Below are positions 1 to 11,179 of a DNA stretch of 39,398 nt, one piece after another. Each line of letters starts with the position of its first letter. Position 1 is the stretch's first letter. Source of the stretch: Jimgerdemannia flammicorona (Eukaryota). Location of the stretch: contig RBNJ01000144.1 in the NCBI GenBank assembly GCA_003990765.1, positions 1 to 39,398 of the forward strand, written 5' to 3'. Made by a program: the position numbers and the translations under genes. The notes under the pieces are model-generated. The model was given only the letters and a program-made list of their open reading frames with translations, was not told the DNA's origin and searched no databases.

Positions 1-164
1 CGTTTCTCCTAAGTGTACCAGACAATTGACTTTTGCTTTGGTTTGTATTCAACTTTCGGACTGAGGTTTTATTCACTCTCGCCACTGGGGTAATTTATAC
101 AAGTTGGTTGCTATCTGGTTGCTATGTGGCTAATTATACATTTGCTATCTTTGGTAATGTTTGG

Positions 165-278
165 GTGTGTCCTCTGGGTACAGGTGTGTCCACAGGACAT
201 GAGTGTGTCCGCAGGACATGAGTGTGTCCGCAGGACATGAGTGTGTCCGCAGGACATGAGTGTGTCCGCAGGACACAG
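165..278. repeat. 19-bp tandem repeat (GTGTGTCCGCAGGACATGA), ~6 units, each with an internal TGTCC-nnn-GGACA palindrome
   Basis: Units start at 165, 184, 203, 222, 241 and 260; no spacers. Confidence 0.9.
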
Positions 279-442
279 GTAAACAATCCTGATCTGGTGT
301 CTTGGCTAATTATAAGTGTGGCGGGCATGAGTAACTATGATACACTGGAAGTCACATCATGCTGAGTAAGTATGCTAATTGTTTGTGTCATCCGGCTAAG
401 TTATAATTCAGGTGGTACGTTTTTGGTCTGTTACAATAGATA

Positions 443-607
443 GATTGTATACAGGTAGGTTTTGTATAGACAAGTTGCATACAGATGGGTTGTATACAGA
501 CAGATTGTATGCAGATGGGTTGTATGCAGATAGGTTGCATATAGCCAGGTTGTATATAGCTGGGTTGTATGCAGCCAGGTTGTATACAGATAGGTTGTGT
601 ATAGACA
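443..607. repeat. 15-bp degenerate tandem repeat (consensus GGTTGTATACAGATA), ~11 units
   Basis: Direct inspection; it generates the spurious 5-aa-periodic ORFs at 388-788. Confidence 0.85.
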
Positions 608-784
608 GGTTTGTTTTGTTTACTTGTAATGTAGCAGGAAAGAAAAAAAATAAAGAAAAAGAACAAAAGAAAGAACAAAAGAAGAGAGAGAATAAAAGAA
701 AGAGTAATGTTACTAAAGTATAGTAGGAAAAAAAAATAGAGTAAAAAAAGAAAAAAAAGAAAAAGAGTGATATCACTAAAGATT

Positions 785-926
785 TCATATAATCAATCTG
801 GATGGATCAATCTAGATAGATTGATCCAGATCAGATCACAAGACCAATCTGAGTTGATTCAAATCCATTACATGACAAATCTGAATTGAATCTCATTCAA
901 ATCAATTTCATCCATTCAGAGCACTA
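785..926. mobile_element. Right end of a hAT-like MITE/transposon, CpG-eroded
   Basis: Ends in ATCCATTCAGAGCACTA, matching the TIR ATCCGTTCGGAACCATA at 29941-29957 and the end of 19778-19895; subterminal ATC/GAT-rich motifs; no left TIR seen. Confidence 0.6.
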
Positions 927-999
927 GACTCTGAGATTTATATAAATATTATATAGTAATATTACAGAATGTATAGTTCAATAAAAAGGAAAATAATAA

Positions 1000-1765
1000 A
1001 AAGATTCATATGGATAGAATAGGATTTGTAGTCTATGAGCTAGCAGATAGCTGGGATTAGTAAGTAGGACTGAGTGGTGATTTAGTCTTAGAGTGCAGAG
1101 GTATAGTGATGGCTTCCTCTAAATTATGAATAAAGTAGTAGTATTTATTATAGAGAAATATCATATTAAACTTTCAGTCAAGTCACTTGGTAGATGGTAG
1201 GTACTTTGATTGTGAGGAGTATTATAGTATAGAGTAGGAAGAGAGCTTTATATAGTTGCCTGAATATTGGTTAGAGGAGTACCAGATTCTTAGAGACTTC
1301 TGGGTAGCAGTTGGAAATTACTGACAGTAGTGAGGAGAGAGGATACTGAGAGGAGTTGGTGAGATGATTTAAAGAAGATATTAGTAGATTGTATTGATAA
1401 TAAGTAACTTATAGTTGGGTAAGTCTTGATAGTATGGGTGGAGCTAACTGGATACTAGTTGTATATATTTGAGGAGAGAAGACAAATGAGTTTGAAAGAG
1501 TATTTGATAAGGTGAGAAGGGTTATTGAAAGAAGTTATATCTGACTAGTGGGTGGAGTAGAGTCTCCAAGAAGATCATTATAAATATCTTGTAAAGAGAA
1601 TTTATAGATAGAGTGGGGAGAGGGTTGTGATGGTTAATGGTCAGATGGCTTTTAATTGTGAAGAGATAGGGAGTAGTCTCTAGAGGGGGATTGGTTTGGG
1701 GAGGAATTATTATATTATATTAGAGATAGATGAGTTTGATAATAAAGAAGTCTGAGAGACTATTA
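1000..1765 (+). mobile_element. Degenerate 3' fragment of a Tx1/L1-type LINE
   Basis: 1150-1310 resembles the ORF2 C-terminal Zn-finger region of the copy at ~22480-22630; ends AATAAAGA-AGTCTGAGAGACTAT (1741-1763), the family 3' motif; 5' limit approximate. Confidence 0.65.
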
Positions 1766-3132
1766 ATGAAAGATTCATATAGATATACTCATTCTAATCT
1801 CTACTTTAATATCTATATCTAAGCAAATATAGTAATTGGTACTAATTTCTCCAATAAAGTGAAATTATTTTCAACTATTATATATATCTGAGCTAGAGTT
1901 GTCTAAGTTAAGAATAATAGAGATTATACCTTTCTCTGATATTAATTACATTATGCAAACTTCCAGCAATACTTTCAACACATTTTTTGGAAAAAAGATA
2001 AGAGTAATATATTAACTAGTAAGAGTTCTGATGAGCATACTGAATCAGACAGATCTGGGGCCTTTGGGTAGTAGTATATTGAGAGAGGATATGATCTAAG
2101 AATAGGCTCCTTTGGTAGAGTGAATGGTCAGGAGGGGTCTGGAGGACAGTTAGGATCTGGAGAGAGTAGGGATAAGTTGGGACCCATGAGCTTTACTGAT
2201 AAGATAAAGGAAGGAGGCTAGCTGGTAAGCACTAGGGCTAGTAGAGCTAGTAGTAGAGACAGACTGAGTTAGAAGAGAGCTGGAGGTCCTCTGCTTGGGG
2301 AAGCAGACATAGGGGCTAGAGAGGCTATGACTAGAGAAAGAGAGATAACTACTAATGGTAATATAACTGAAGATCTGAAAAAAAAAAATCCAAATGTGAT
2401 AGCTGATAGTAGAGCTGAGCAGATAGGCTACAAAAGGCAAGAGGATCTAGCAGATAGTGTAATAGATCTAGTGGTTGTACCATTATTCAAGAAGTTGATT
2501 TTAGAATTTACTATTATATTATGCTTCTGAGAGCTGGTAGTGACTATAAAGATGGTTCTGAGCCTAATTTCAAAACAGATAACTAGAGTGACTTTGGTGA
2601 AGTTCTTATAAGAACTAGAGGGGATTGAGGTGAGCTTTGAGAAGATGGAGTCACTGGAGAAGACATTGAAGACTGAGTTAGTACTTAGAGAGATAGTGGT
2701 ATCAATAGTATACTACTTGAGATAGGACCCTAGGATGGTTTAGCTTCTGATAAAAAGAGTGCCTATGGAGATAAGGTAGAGAGTAGTGGAGATGAAGGTA
2801 GAGTATAGTGATATTATGAATATTGGATTCCAGGTCTGAGAGAAGACTTCTTTCTGAACTAGAGATATTGATATCAGACTCAGACTGACTAGAAGAGAGG
2901 CTATCAGGAAGGTGCAGGACTGGCCATCAGTGATGATATGAGATACTTTCATTTATAAGATAATAAGAGTAAAGAGGAGTAAGGAGAAGGAGAAGGATCT
3001 GCTGGAGACACTGGAGGACTTGAGTGGGATAGTAGAATATCAAGTAGAGGTATGGAGGAAGTATGTAGCTTTGATCTACTTAGAGATAGTAGATGAGAAG
3101 TAGATTCAGATAGACAAGATACTGTGGGAGAA

Positions 3133-3599
3133 TATAACAGTTCTAGTTTCTTTAAGAGGAAGCAACTAAGTTCTGAAAGTTCTAGTAGATCTAAAGTAGC
3201 TTAAAGAGATACTCATAGGTTCAAGTATTCTCAAAGGAATTCTAAGAGAAAATATTCTGAGCTTTATTCAAGTAGAGAACAAGGATATTTATATAGAATC
3301 TAAAAGAAAGATCCAGAAAGGATCTTAGAAAAGAAGAGAAAAGCTAAGAAATAAGTTCTTAGTAAAGATAACCAATAATATTCTACAATGTTCCAAAGGT
3401 TCTATAACTAGCCAAGATATGAAACTTGGTACTAAGAAAAGACAAGAATGTTTTAGTAAAGTCTTAGTACCAGGAGAAGATTTCAAGATATTTAGAAAAT
3501 ACTGAAATATAGTAGAATATGTAAAAAAAAAGACAAAAAAAGATTAGAAAAAGATATGAAAAAGTACTAAGACTAATATATAACTATAAAATTATTATA
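3133..3599 (-). repeat. 3' LTR (467 bp)
   Basis: Direct repeat of 14561-14932; termini read TATAAC...ATTATA, consistent with mutated TGTAAC...GTTACA. Confidence 0.93.
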
Positions 3600-3615
3600 T
3601 CCCTCCCTTCTTAAG
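3600..3615 (-). other. Polypurine tract (AAGAAGGGAGGGA on the minus strand)
   Basis: TCCCTCCCTTCTT abuts the 3' LTR. Confidence 0.85.
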
Positions 3616-3949
3616 AACCAATGTACTTTTTGAGTTCTTAGATAACATAAGGCTAAATATACTTAACCAAAATTTTTCAAACTTGTATCAATATATTGGT
3701 AAGAATTGACCATCCTCATATAGGGCAGAGGGTCTATTATTAGACTAATCAACTGAAAGGAGTTCAAACCTAGCTAGTAGTTTCATTTTGGTAGATTTCT
3801 TATTCACTAAATATTCTGCTAGTTCTAGGGTCCCAAAGTAAACTTCTGATATATAAGGTACTGGTTATTACTATAGATCATCAATAATCTAAGAAAGTCA
3901 CTATAGAGATTGGGCAATATATTTTGCCTCAAAGTTTTGAACCAGATCT

Positions 3950-5140
3950 TAAGAGTTCTTGAGATTGATCAGTAGTTTTCAGATAGCATCATATTTAGAG
4001 TAGCCCATTCACTTAATCAGATATTCAGGATAATAGTAGTAGATTCACTTATTAAGAATTTTCTCAACTTTATACTCAATATAGTCTTTAATAAGCACAG
4101 GGGCAGATAGCTTGAAAACTCAACCAGAGTAGAGTAGTGACTAGTTCCAGGTCTTGAGATATGATATATAAAAGACTAGATATACTCTCATGATTTCAGG
4201 TAGCTTGAGATGGTAGGAGAATATAGAGACTTATTTAGTAATCTCAAAGAATCTAATGTATCTTGAGGTTCTCAGTAGATAGTAAGCTAATAATGTAGGT
4301 AATATTATAGTACTTCTTATCAGCATACTTAGCTTGATACTGTTGGGTCTTTTGGAGATTCATGATAGTAATCTTGAGTAGTTTGTCTATTTTGTCTATA
4401 AGGTTTCTGGCAGTAGAGACTTATATTTAACTGTTTTTCTTAAAAGGAACTAGACTTGTAGGGGTCTTGGGATCTTGACCATAGAGTAGCTGAAAGGGAA
4501 AAAGACTAGTAGATAATTGGACAGTATTGTTATATATAAATTCTATATAAGTCAAGTAATAATCTCAATCATCTTGCTCATAAGAAATATAGTTTCTGAG
4601 CATTTGTTCTAGAGTTCTGTTTATGTACTCAGTTTGTTCATCTGTTTATAAGTAAAAGACAATAGATATATTTAATTAGATTCTCAGAGTCTTGAAGAGA
4701 GTTTGCCAAAAGTGACTAGTAAACTTGGGATCACAATTACTGACAATTACTTATAGTAGACCATAGTGATAGAAGATGAACTTAAAGAAGATTCTTACAA
4801 TCTTAGGTGTAGTAGTATTAGTAATAGTTAGTTCAGCAACCATAGTCTTGGTCAGATAGTTAACAAATATGATGATAACATCAGTACTAGATTGGATTTA
4901 TAGTAGTTAAGTTATAAAGTCCATTATAACTTACTTAAATTTCTTAGTCAGAATTGGCAGTAGTTATAGCAAACTAGCTAGTACTTAATTGGTAAACTTG
5001 TTGTACTGATAGAGATTATAGTTAGCAATATAGTTCTTGATTTTCTTGGCTATACTTGGCTAATAGTAGTGATGCTAGATATTCTTAACTGTTTTCTCAA
5101 TTTCAAGATAACTAATAAGAGGGGAGTCATAATATTCTTA
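3950..5140 (-). pseudogene. Gypsy integrase plus C-terminal chromodomain
   Basis: Minus-strand relics: HHCC-region YDSPLISYLEIEKT (~5095-5133), TDEQTE (QTDGQTE, ~4628-4650), VYLVFYISYLKTW (HPVFHVS, ~4147-4185), chromodomain IEYKVEKILN...EYLIK*MGY (~3995-4080). Confidence 0.9.
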
Positions 5141-5454
5141 TAGTATCTTATAGTAGAGATTCATGTTGTCAGGTAGGTAGACTTTGTCTTGATGATAGAT
5201 CAAGTTGTCTTTAATAGTATATATGTATATTCTTAAGCTCATTTGAGAAAACTCTAGTGATGATAGTGTCTTCTGGTCACCCTGGACTCCTTTTGCTCGA
5301 ACCATTCAGAGCAAGCTAAGCCACATGGACATCTTTTCGCGACAAGCAACACGTTTTCAAGTTTTTCCATTGTCTATTCTGGTGTACAAGGTGCGGCAGG
5401 AGTCTAGCTACAGCATACAACAAGTCTCATCTAATTTGGTGGAGTATTCGTCAG

Positions 5455-7299
5455 ATGGCAACCCAGGGTTCATCAAGCTCTGAGCGTTTGGAGAGGAGGA
5501 GGCCTGGTCTGGGTCTCCCCAAGAGCTTCGCAGTGACAGTTGGAGCAGGTGTAGGGGCAGGAGGAGTAGGTGGTCAGGGGGGGCAGGCTGGCATTGTGAG
5601 TTGGCACACAGTGATGGGGGGCAGGAGGGCGGCTACTAGGCCCATGGGGGTAGGGCAGGGGGGGTGTAGTATTGACAGGGGTAGGGGTCAGGTGACCAGC
5701 CAGGTGACGGGTCAGGTGACTGGTCAGGTGCCTGCTAGGGGCCAGGGGTCCGGAAGTGGTGTGGCTGGGACTGGTATTCCTGGGGCTGAGCTGGTGGCTG
5801 GGGTGACTGCTGGAGTATCGGAGAACAAGAAGAAGGTGACGATGATAGCTGGATCTGGTGAACTGGTGGTGCATCCCTTCTTCCACAAATCGGTGTCGAC
5901 GTGGGCCATATCAGCGAATTTTTTGGGGCTGGGGATGTCTGCGAGGGAGGTCTTGCAGCTAGTTGGAGAGGAGATTGCAGAGGCGGAGTCGCTGAAGTTC
6001 ATCCCATCAGCTGAGGCAGTCAAGATAGGATTCATTGAGGAGGAGGAGATGGTGAAGGCCTTGGAGAAAGGGCTGGTCATCAAGAACATCAAGGTTGGCA
6101 TGGCGAGGTGCCTGAGGTGGGACCCATGGGCAGTACAACTGGTGATTGAAGGGCTGCCAACATTGGGGAGACAGGAGACTAAAGGAATGGTGGCGGAGGC
6201 ACTAGGGGCATTTGGCGAGATGGTTGACTTCGGGTTCATGTTTTGGGAGGGGACCAAGTTGAGAAATGGCAACTGCGAGGTGATGGTGAGGCTGGAAGGC
6301 AAGGAGGCCATGGGGCAAGGGAGGGACTGGCCAGAAGTAGTTCGCATCAGAGGGTAGGAGTACAAGGTGTAGAGAAGGAAGGGCTTGGAACAGGAGGAGG
6401 AGGAATTGCTAGTCGCCCTAGAGGAGAGAGAGGCTGCAAAGGAATTGCGGAAGAGGAAATGGGAGGAGTTTGCCAAGAATTGGATCTGGATCCTGACTGA
6501 TGGGAAGAGGAAGAGGTGGTGAAGGGCAAACTGGGAGCATCTGCAGACAGTCCTCCAGGGCTCGAAAAGGGAGGAGGAGGAAAAAGCAGAGATGGCCAAA
6601 AGTCAAATGGAAGAGGTGGAGATGGCTGAGGTGTCCTTCTCACAACTGGGGGGTGTGGAGGATTCTACTCATGTACCAGTGACAGGGAAGTGGGTGGATA
6701 AGGAGGAGGCAACCACTGGGGGCTTTGAGGAGGTTGTCAAGGTGGTACCAGAGACCCAGTTGGAGGATGTCCACATGGCGGGAGTGGCAAATGTGCATTG
6801 GGAATGCCCAGAGGCAGGCGAAGTGGTTCGGCTGGAGAAGGGCACTGAGGAGGACGATCTGGTGGATGTGGCTTCCAATGTGTTGGCAGATAGAAAGATG
6901 CTGCAGGAGCTGAGTAGGACTCCAAGGCCTGCCACCCTGGGGCCCATAGTGATGATGGCAGATGACTGGTATCAGGCAGTGCTCGAGAAACTCGTGGAGG
7001 AGGATATCAAGAAAGTGGATGTGTTTAATGGATCGCAGGAGGCCTGAGAAGGGTTTCTCAATGTGGCATTGCAGGGGCCAAAGTTGGTGACAGCAATAGT
7101 GGTGGCACTTCTGGATGATGAAGGATATGAGGTTGATGAGGACCATATGGCTGAAATCAGGAAGGTGGCATCAGAGCGAGTGGTGGTCTTTTGCAATGAG
7201 ATGAATGGAGCACACATCTGGAGGGGTATCTGCAAGGAACGGAAGGCTATTATTTGCGGTAGGGCTGAGAAGGTGGTGGCGAATCTGGTGGAAATTTAA
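5455..7299 (+). pseudogene. LINE ORF1 (Gly-rich N-terminus, probable RRM-like core, acidic C-terminal region); 4 in-frame stops
   Basis: ORF pieces 5455, 6592 and 7063 share one frame; internal stops at 6355, 6370, 6520 and 7045. Confidence 0.85.
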
Positions 7300-7311
7300 A
7301 CATTTACATTC

Positions 7312-10300
7312 ATGATGATGAACAGTCTACGTATATTATCACTAAATGTCAATGGTTTGTGTGATGGAGTGAAGCGAAGGCATTTGTTTCAGTGGCTGAA
7401 GAACAGGAGATATGACTTGATATTTTTGCAGGACATTCGGGCCTATGGGGAGCAAGATTATAGGGAGTGGAGCAAGGAATGGTATGGTAGCACAGGGTAG
7501 AATGAGCAGGTGGAAATTCTGGTTGACTTGGAGAGAGGAGAGCTGAAGGAGGTCGAGAGATATGGTAATCGATTGGTCTGGGGGAGACTGAAAGGAGGAG
7601 CAGGTGATGGGCTTGTAGTTGGCTCAGTGTATCTGCCAGCAGTTGGCAGAGAGTGAAACCAATGGGTGGAAGGTTGGCTGGATTGGGAAGGCCGAGAGGA
7701 GATTGAGCTGTACATTTTGGGAGGGGACTTCAACATGGTTTGTGACAGGACATTAGATAGGTCTGATGGTGGAATCGGCGTGGCAGTTTCTACAGGGCTC
7801 TCATGATGGCTTCAAGTGGAGAAGGAAATGGGATTGGTTGATGGAGTATGACAACATCAAGGTGAGAAGTCAGGGCCATTTACTAGGTGGCATCCAGTTG
7901 GTGAGGATTTGGTTGGTACAAGGATTGATTGGATTCTGGTGGCAGAATGCTGGAGTAATGTTTTGGATTCAACTGAGGTACAGTGGTGTCCCTGGTCAGA
8001 TCACTGGGGTGTAGAGGTGTGTGGGAGATTCCAGGCGGCCAGTAGTGGTGGAGGCAGATGGCGACTTAATGTGGCATTACTCAAGAGATAGGTGGAGTGG
8101 GACCAGTTTGTCAAAATTGCAAGACAGGAAGTGGCACGGTGGAAGAATAGTGGCCAGTCGATAGCACAGTAGTGGGGAAAATTTAAACATCTGGCAGGTG
8201 CATTCTGGCATGATGTAGGAGAGGTAGCAGGAAGGGAGCAGAAGGATAGAGAGAGGAGAGCAGAGCAGGGGCTACGCTGGTGGTTGAGACTTTTAGAGGG
8301 AGGGAACCCCTCCAGGGAACGGCGCTCCCTGTTGATCAAGGAGGTGGCGGAGTTGCAGACAGATTTGAAGGCTGCAGAAGATAGGGTGGTGGATGGGTTG
8401 CTAGCAAGATTGTGAGCCAAGTGGTTGGAAGAAGGAGAGCGACCCACCAAATACTTGTCCGGCATCTTGAAGGCAAGAAGGGTGAGGCACAGCTGGGCTT
8501 CCGTGTTGCAGGAGGATGGCACTGAGGTGACTGATATCACAGACATGCTTGGGGAGATCTCTGGTCATTGGTGCACCCTATGGCAGGATGATGGAGGGCT
8601 GGCGGAGGGAGAGGCAGCACTGGAGGACAATACCAATTTGGTCAGCAGCTGGCCAGTGGTGGCGGAGCTGGCAATTGGTGGTGCAGTAATGGGTAGGGTG
8701 TCCCTTGAAGAAGTGTTAGAGGTTCTGAGGAAAGCGCAGACTGGTTCATCACCAGGGGAGGATGGACTGCCTTGGGAGTTCTGGAAGGAATTTCAAACTG
8801 AGCTTGGGGAATGGCTTGTAGAAATGGCAAACTTTACACTGGGGGAAGGCTGCTGGATTGGCAATGGCTCCTTAGGGCTAGTCTCTCTGCTCTATAAGGA
8901 GAAAGGGGACAGACGTGTGTGGCAGAACTGGAGACCCATCATGTTACTGAATGTGGATAGGAAGTTGGTCTCCAAGATTCTGGCAGGGAGAATGCAACAA
9001 TGGATTGGCCAATTAGTGGGAGATGAACAGCAAGGGTTTGTGAAGGAGAGGCAGATTAGAGACAGTACTGCATGGGTGCAAAATGTTTTGGAAGGTTGTC
9101 GAAGCCGGCAAGTAGATGGAAGGATAGTGTTTTTGGACCAGGAGAAGGCTTACGACAGGGTGCGGTGGAACTACTTGGAGGCAGTTCTATGGAAGGCTGG
9201 GTTTGATATGGGGGAGGCTCGAAAGCTGATGGGTCTGGTGTGAGGTTGCCAGGCTGCAGTGTTGATGAATGGGTAGAGTGGCCCAGAGTTCCTCTTAGGG
9301 CGAGGTGTGCCGCAGGGAGATCCTCTCTCACCCCTGCTTTACATTTTATTATTGGAGCCCTTGTTGGCATGGTTGAAGGGGAGGCTTACTGGGTTGAAAA
9401 TGGGGGATATGGTCTGGAAGATAGGGGCCTTTGCGGACGATATGGTAGTAGGGTTAGGCAGTGTGGAAGATGTGGTGAGCTTACAGGAAGGGGTAGGACA
9501 GTATGAGATGCTGGTAAGAGTGAAGCTGAACTGGGGCAAGTGCGAGACTATGGAGCTTGGAGCTGGATTGGGGGAGCATGGACATTTTGGACAATTGGTT
9601 AGACTGGGGGAAGCAGTTAGATATCTGGGCATCTGGTTCTCGGTTTATGGGATGGTGCTGCCAAAAGAGTGGTAGTGTGGAATGATACAGAAGTGGGAGA
9701 ATGTCTTGGTGGGCTGGTCTGGGAGGGGCTTCTCCTTGGTTGGGAGGATTGTAGTTTTGAATGTATATTGGTTACCGAAGCTGTGGTACTTGGGGTACCA
9801 CCTGGACTTTCCAGGATGGGTGGTTCAAAAGCTGAAGAAGGTGGTCGAAGGATGGCTGTGGCAGGGAAGAAGATCACAGATTAGCTGGGAAATTATAGTG
9901 ATAGTGAAGGCAGATGGAGGTCTGGGGTTGGTGGACTTCAGAAGGTGGCTGAAGGTACTTAGAGGCTGGTGGGGTTGTCAAATGGCAGAATTAGGAGGGG
10001 AGGGCTGGAGCAAACTGGCTATGGACAACTGGAAAGTTCAGTTCTGCCCCCGGAGTGAGGTTCGGAAGGACATACGAGGTTTGCTCCAGGTTGGAAGGGT
10101 TAGCAGGTTATGTTATAGGGGATTTTGGTGGGGTATTGTAGAAGCTTGGCTGGCAATGGGTCTCATGGGCCCAGAACCTGGCAAAGAAGAGGAGAACCCA
10201 GATCGACATTGGTGGCAATTTGGTGTGATTCGTATTAGCGGCCACCCGTTGGTGGAATACTCTTTGGCTGGGGCGATGGAGTGGATCCGGATGGGTCCAC

Positions 10301-10947
10301 TTGAGAGGTGGCCGGTTGGTTGGCAGAAGGCTGGGTTTGGAGAAGAATGGGAGTGGGGTCGGGTTTGGGGCTGGGGGACCTCACTACTCAAGATTGCCCC
10401 GCCCAAGTTCTGGGTGGTATGGTGGCGATTTCTGCGGAGGAATGTCATGCTGGGGTACAGGACAGGGTGGATAGTAGAAGAAGGTGTAAAGGAATGTGAG
10501 TGGTGTGGTGAGCTGGATGGGGGAGTAGTGCAGACTCCGGAGCATGTTCTGGCAGTCTGTCCAGGGGTTGAAGGATTTTGACAGACATTGGAAGGTTACT
10601 GGAGGGAGGAGAGTGAGTGGGCAGGGGGCCCCACTTGTCAGGTGATCAAGTGCCACCTGGTGGGAGAAATTAGGGACATCTGGGGAGGCCTGGGTCGGAT
10701 TATTGGCATCTGGGTACTGATGGCGGTGCACTGGCAATAGGTGTTCAAGAGGAATCCCTGGATGGGAATTGGAGAATTGGTGGAGTGGTGGAAGGGGTTG
10801 CTCTTGGAAGTGGTGCAAGGGTGGTGATATCAGGGGAAGAGACACCAGTTGGGGGCCATGAAGAAGGTGTTTGACATTGTTCAGAGAAGTCAGAAACACC
10901 TTGTACTTGGTGAGAAGAGGGTGAGGTGGAAAGAAGGGGTGGGCTGA
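7312..10947 (+). pseudogene. LINE ORF2: APE endonuclease, reverse transcriptase, CCHC zinc finger (~1211 codons, ~13 in-frame stops, no frameshift)
   Basis: Endonuclease SLNVNGL, GGDFN, TRIDWIL, SDH; RT WRPIMLLNVDRK, FLDQEKAYDRV, PQGDPLSP, FADD, YLG; CEWC-x12-H-x4-C. LDQEKAYDRV is typical of the Tx1/L1 group. Confidence 0.95.
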
Positions 10948-11179
10948 ATGGCCCTTCTTTGTATTATTATAAATAGTTGTGGGTTGGGTTCATTATTGTT
11001 TTAAAGGTAATCATAGAGATACATGGATAGTGCTCTCTTTCTAGACTAGTGAAATAAAGGAGTCCAAGTGACTATAAAAAAAAAAAAAAAAAAAAAGATA
11101 GTGTCTTCTTGGTAAGCTTAACTGATTTAGTCTAGAAATTTAGATACCAAGGTGACTTATATAATTGTAGCAAGGTCTG

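Larger units (their letters stand above)
5275..11096 (+). mobile_element. Young full-length Tx1/L1-clade non-LTR retrotransposon (LINE)
   Basis: Perfect 13-bp TSD GATAGTGTCTTCT (5262-5274 and 11097-11109), AATAAA then A21 tail (11076-11096), two ORFs. Confidence 0.96.

Noticed and set aside
165-278. CRISPR-like palindromic repeats
   Set aside because: Head-to-tail units with no spacers, eukaryotic context, no cas genes
388-788. Overlapping 96-126 aa ORFs with pentapeptide periodicity
   Set aside because: By-products of the 15-bp array and an A-rich tract
5473-10899. Numerous minus-strand ORFs up to 291 aa
   Set aside because: Antisense shadows of the G-rich LINE ORFs; no motifs
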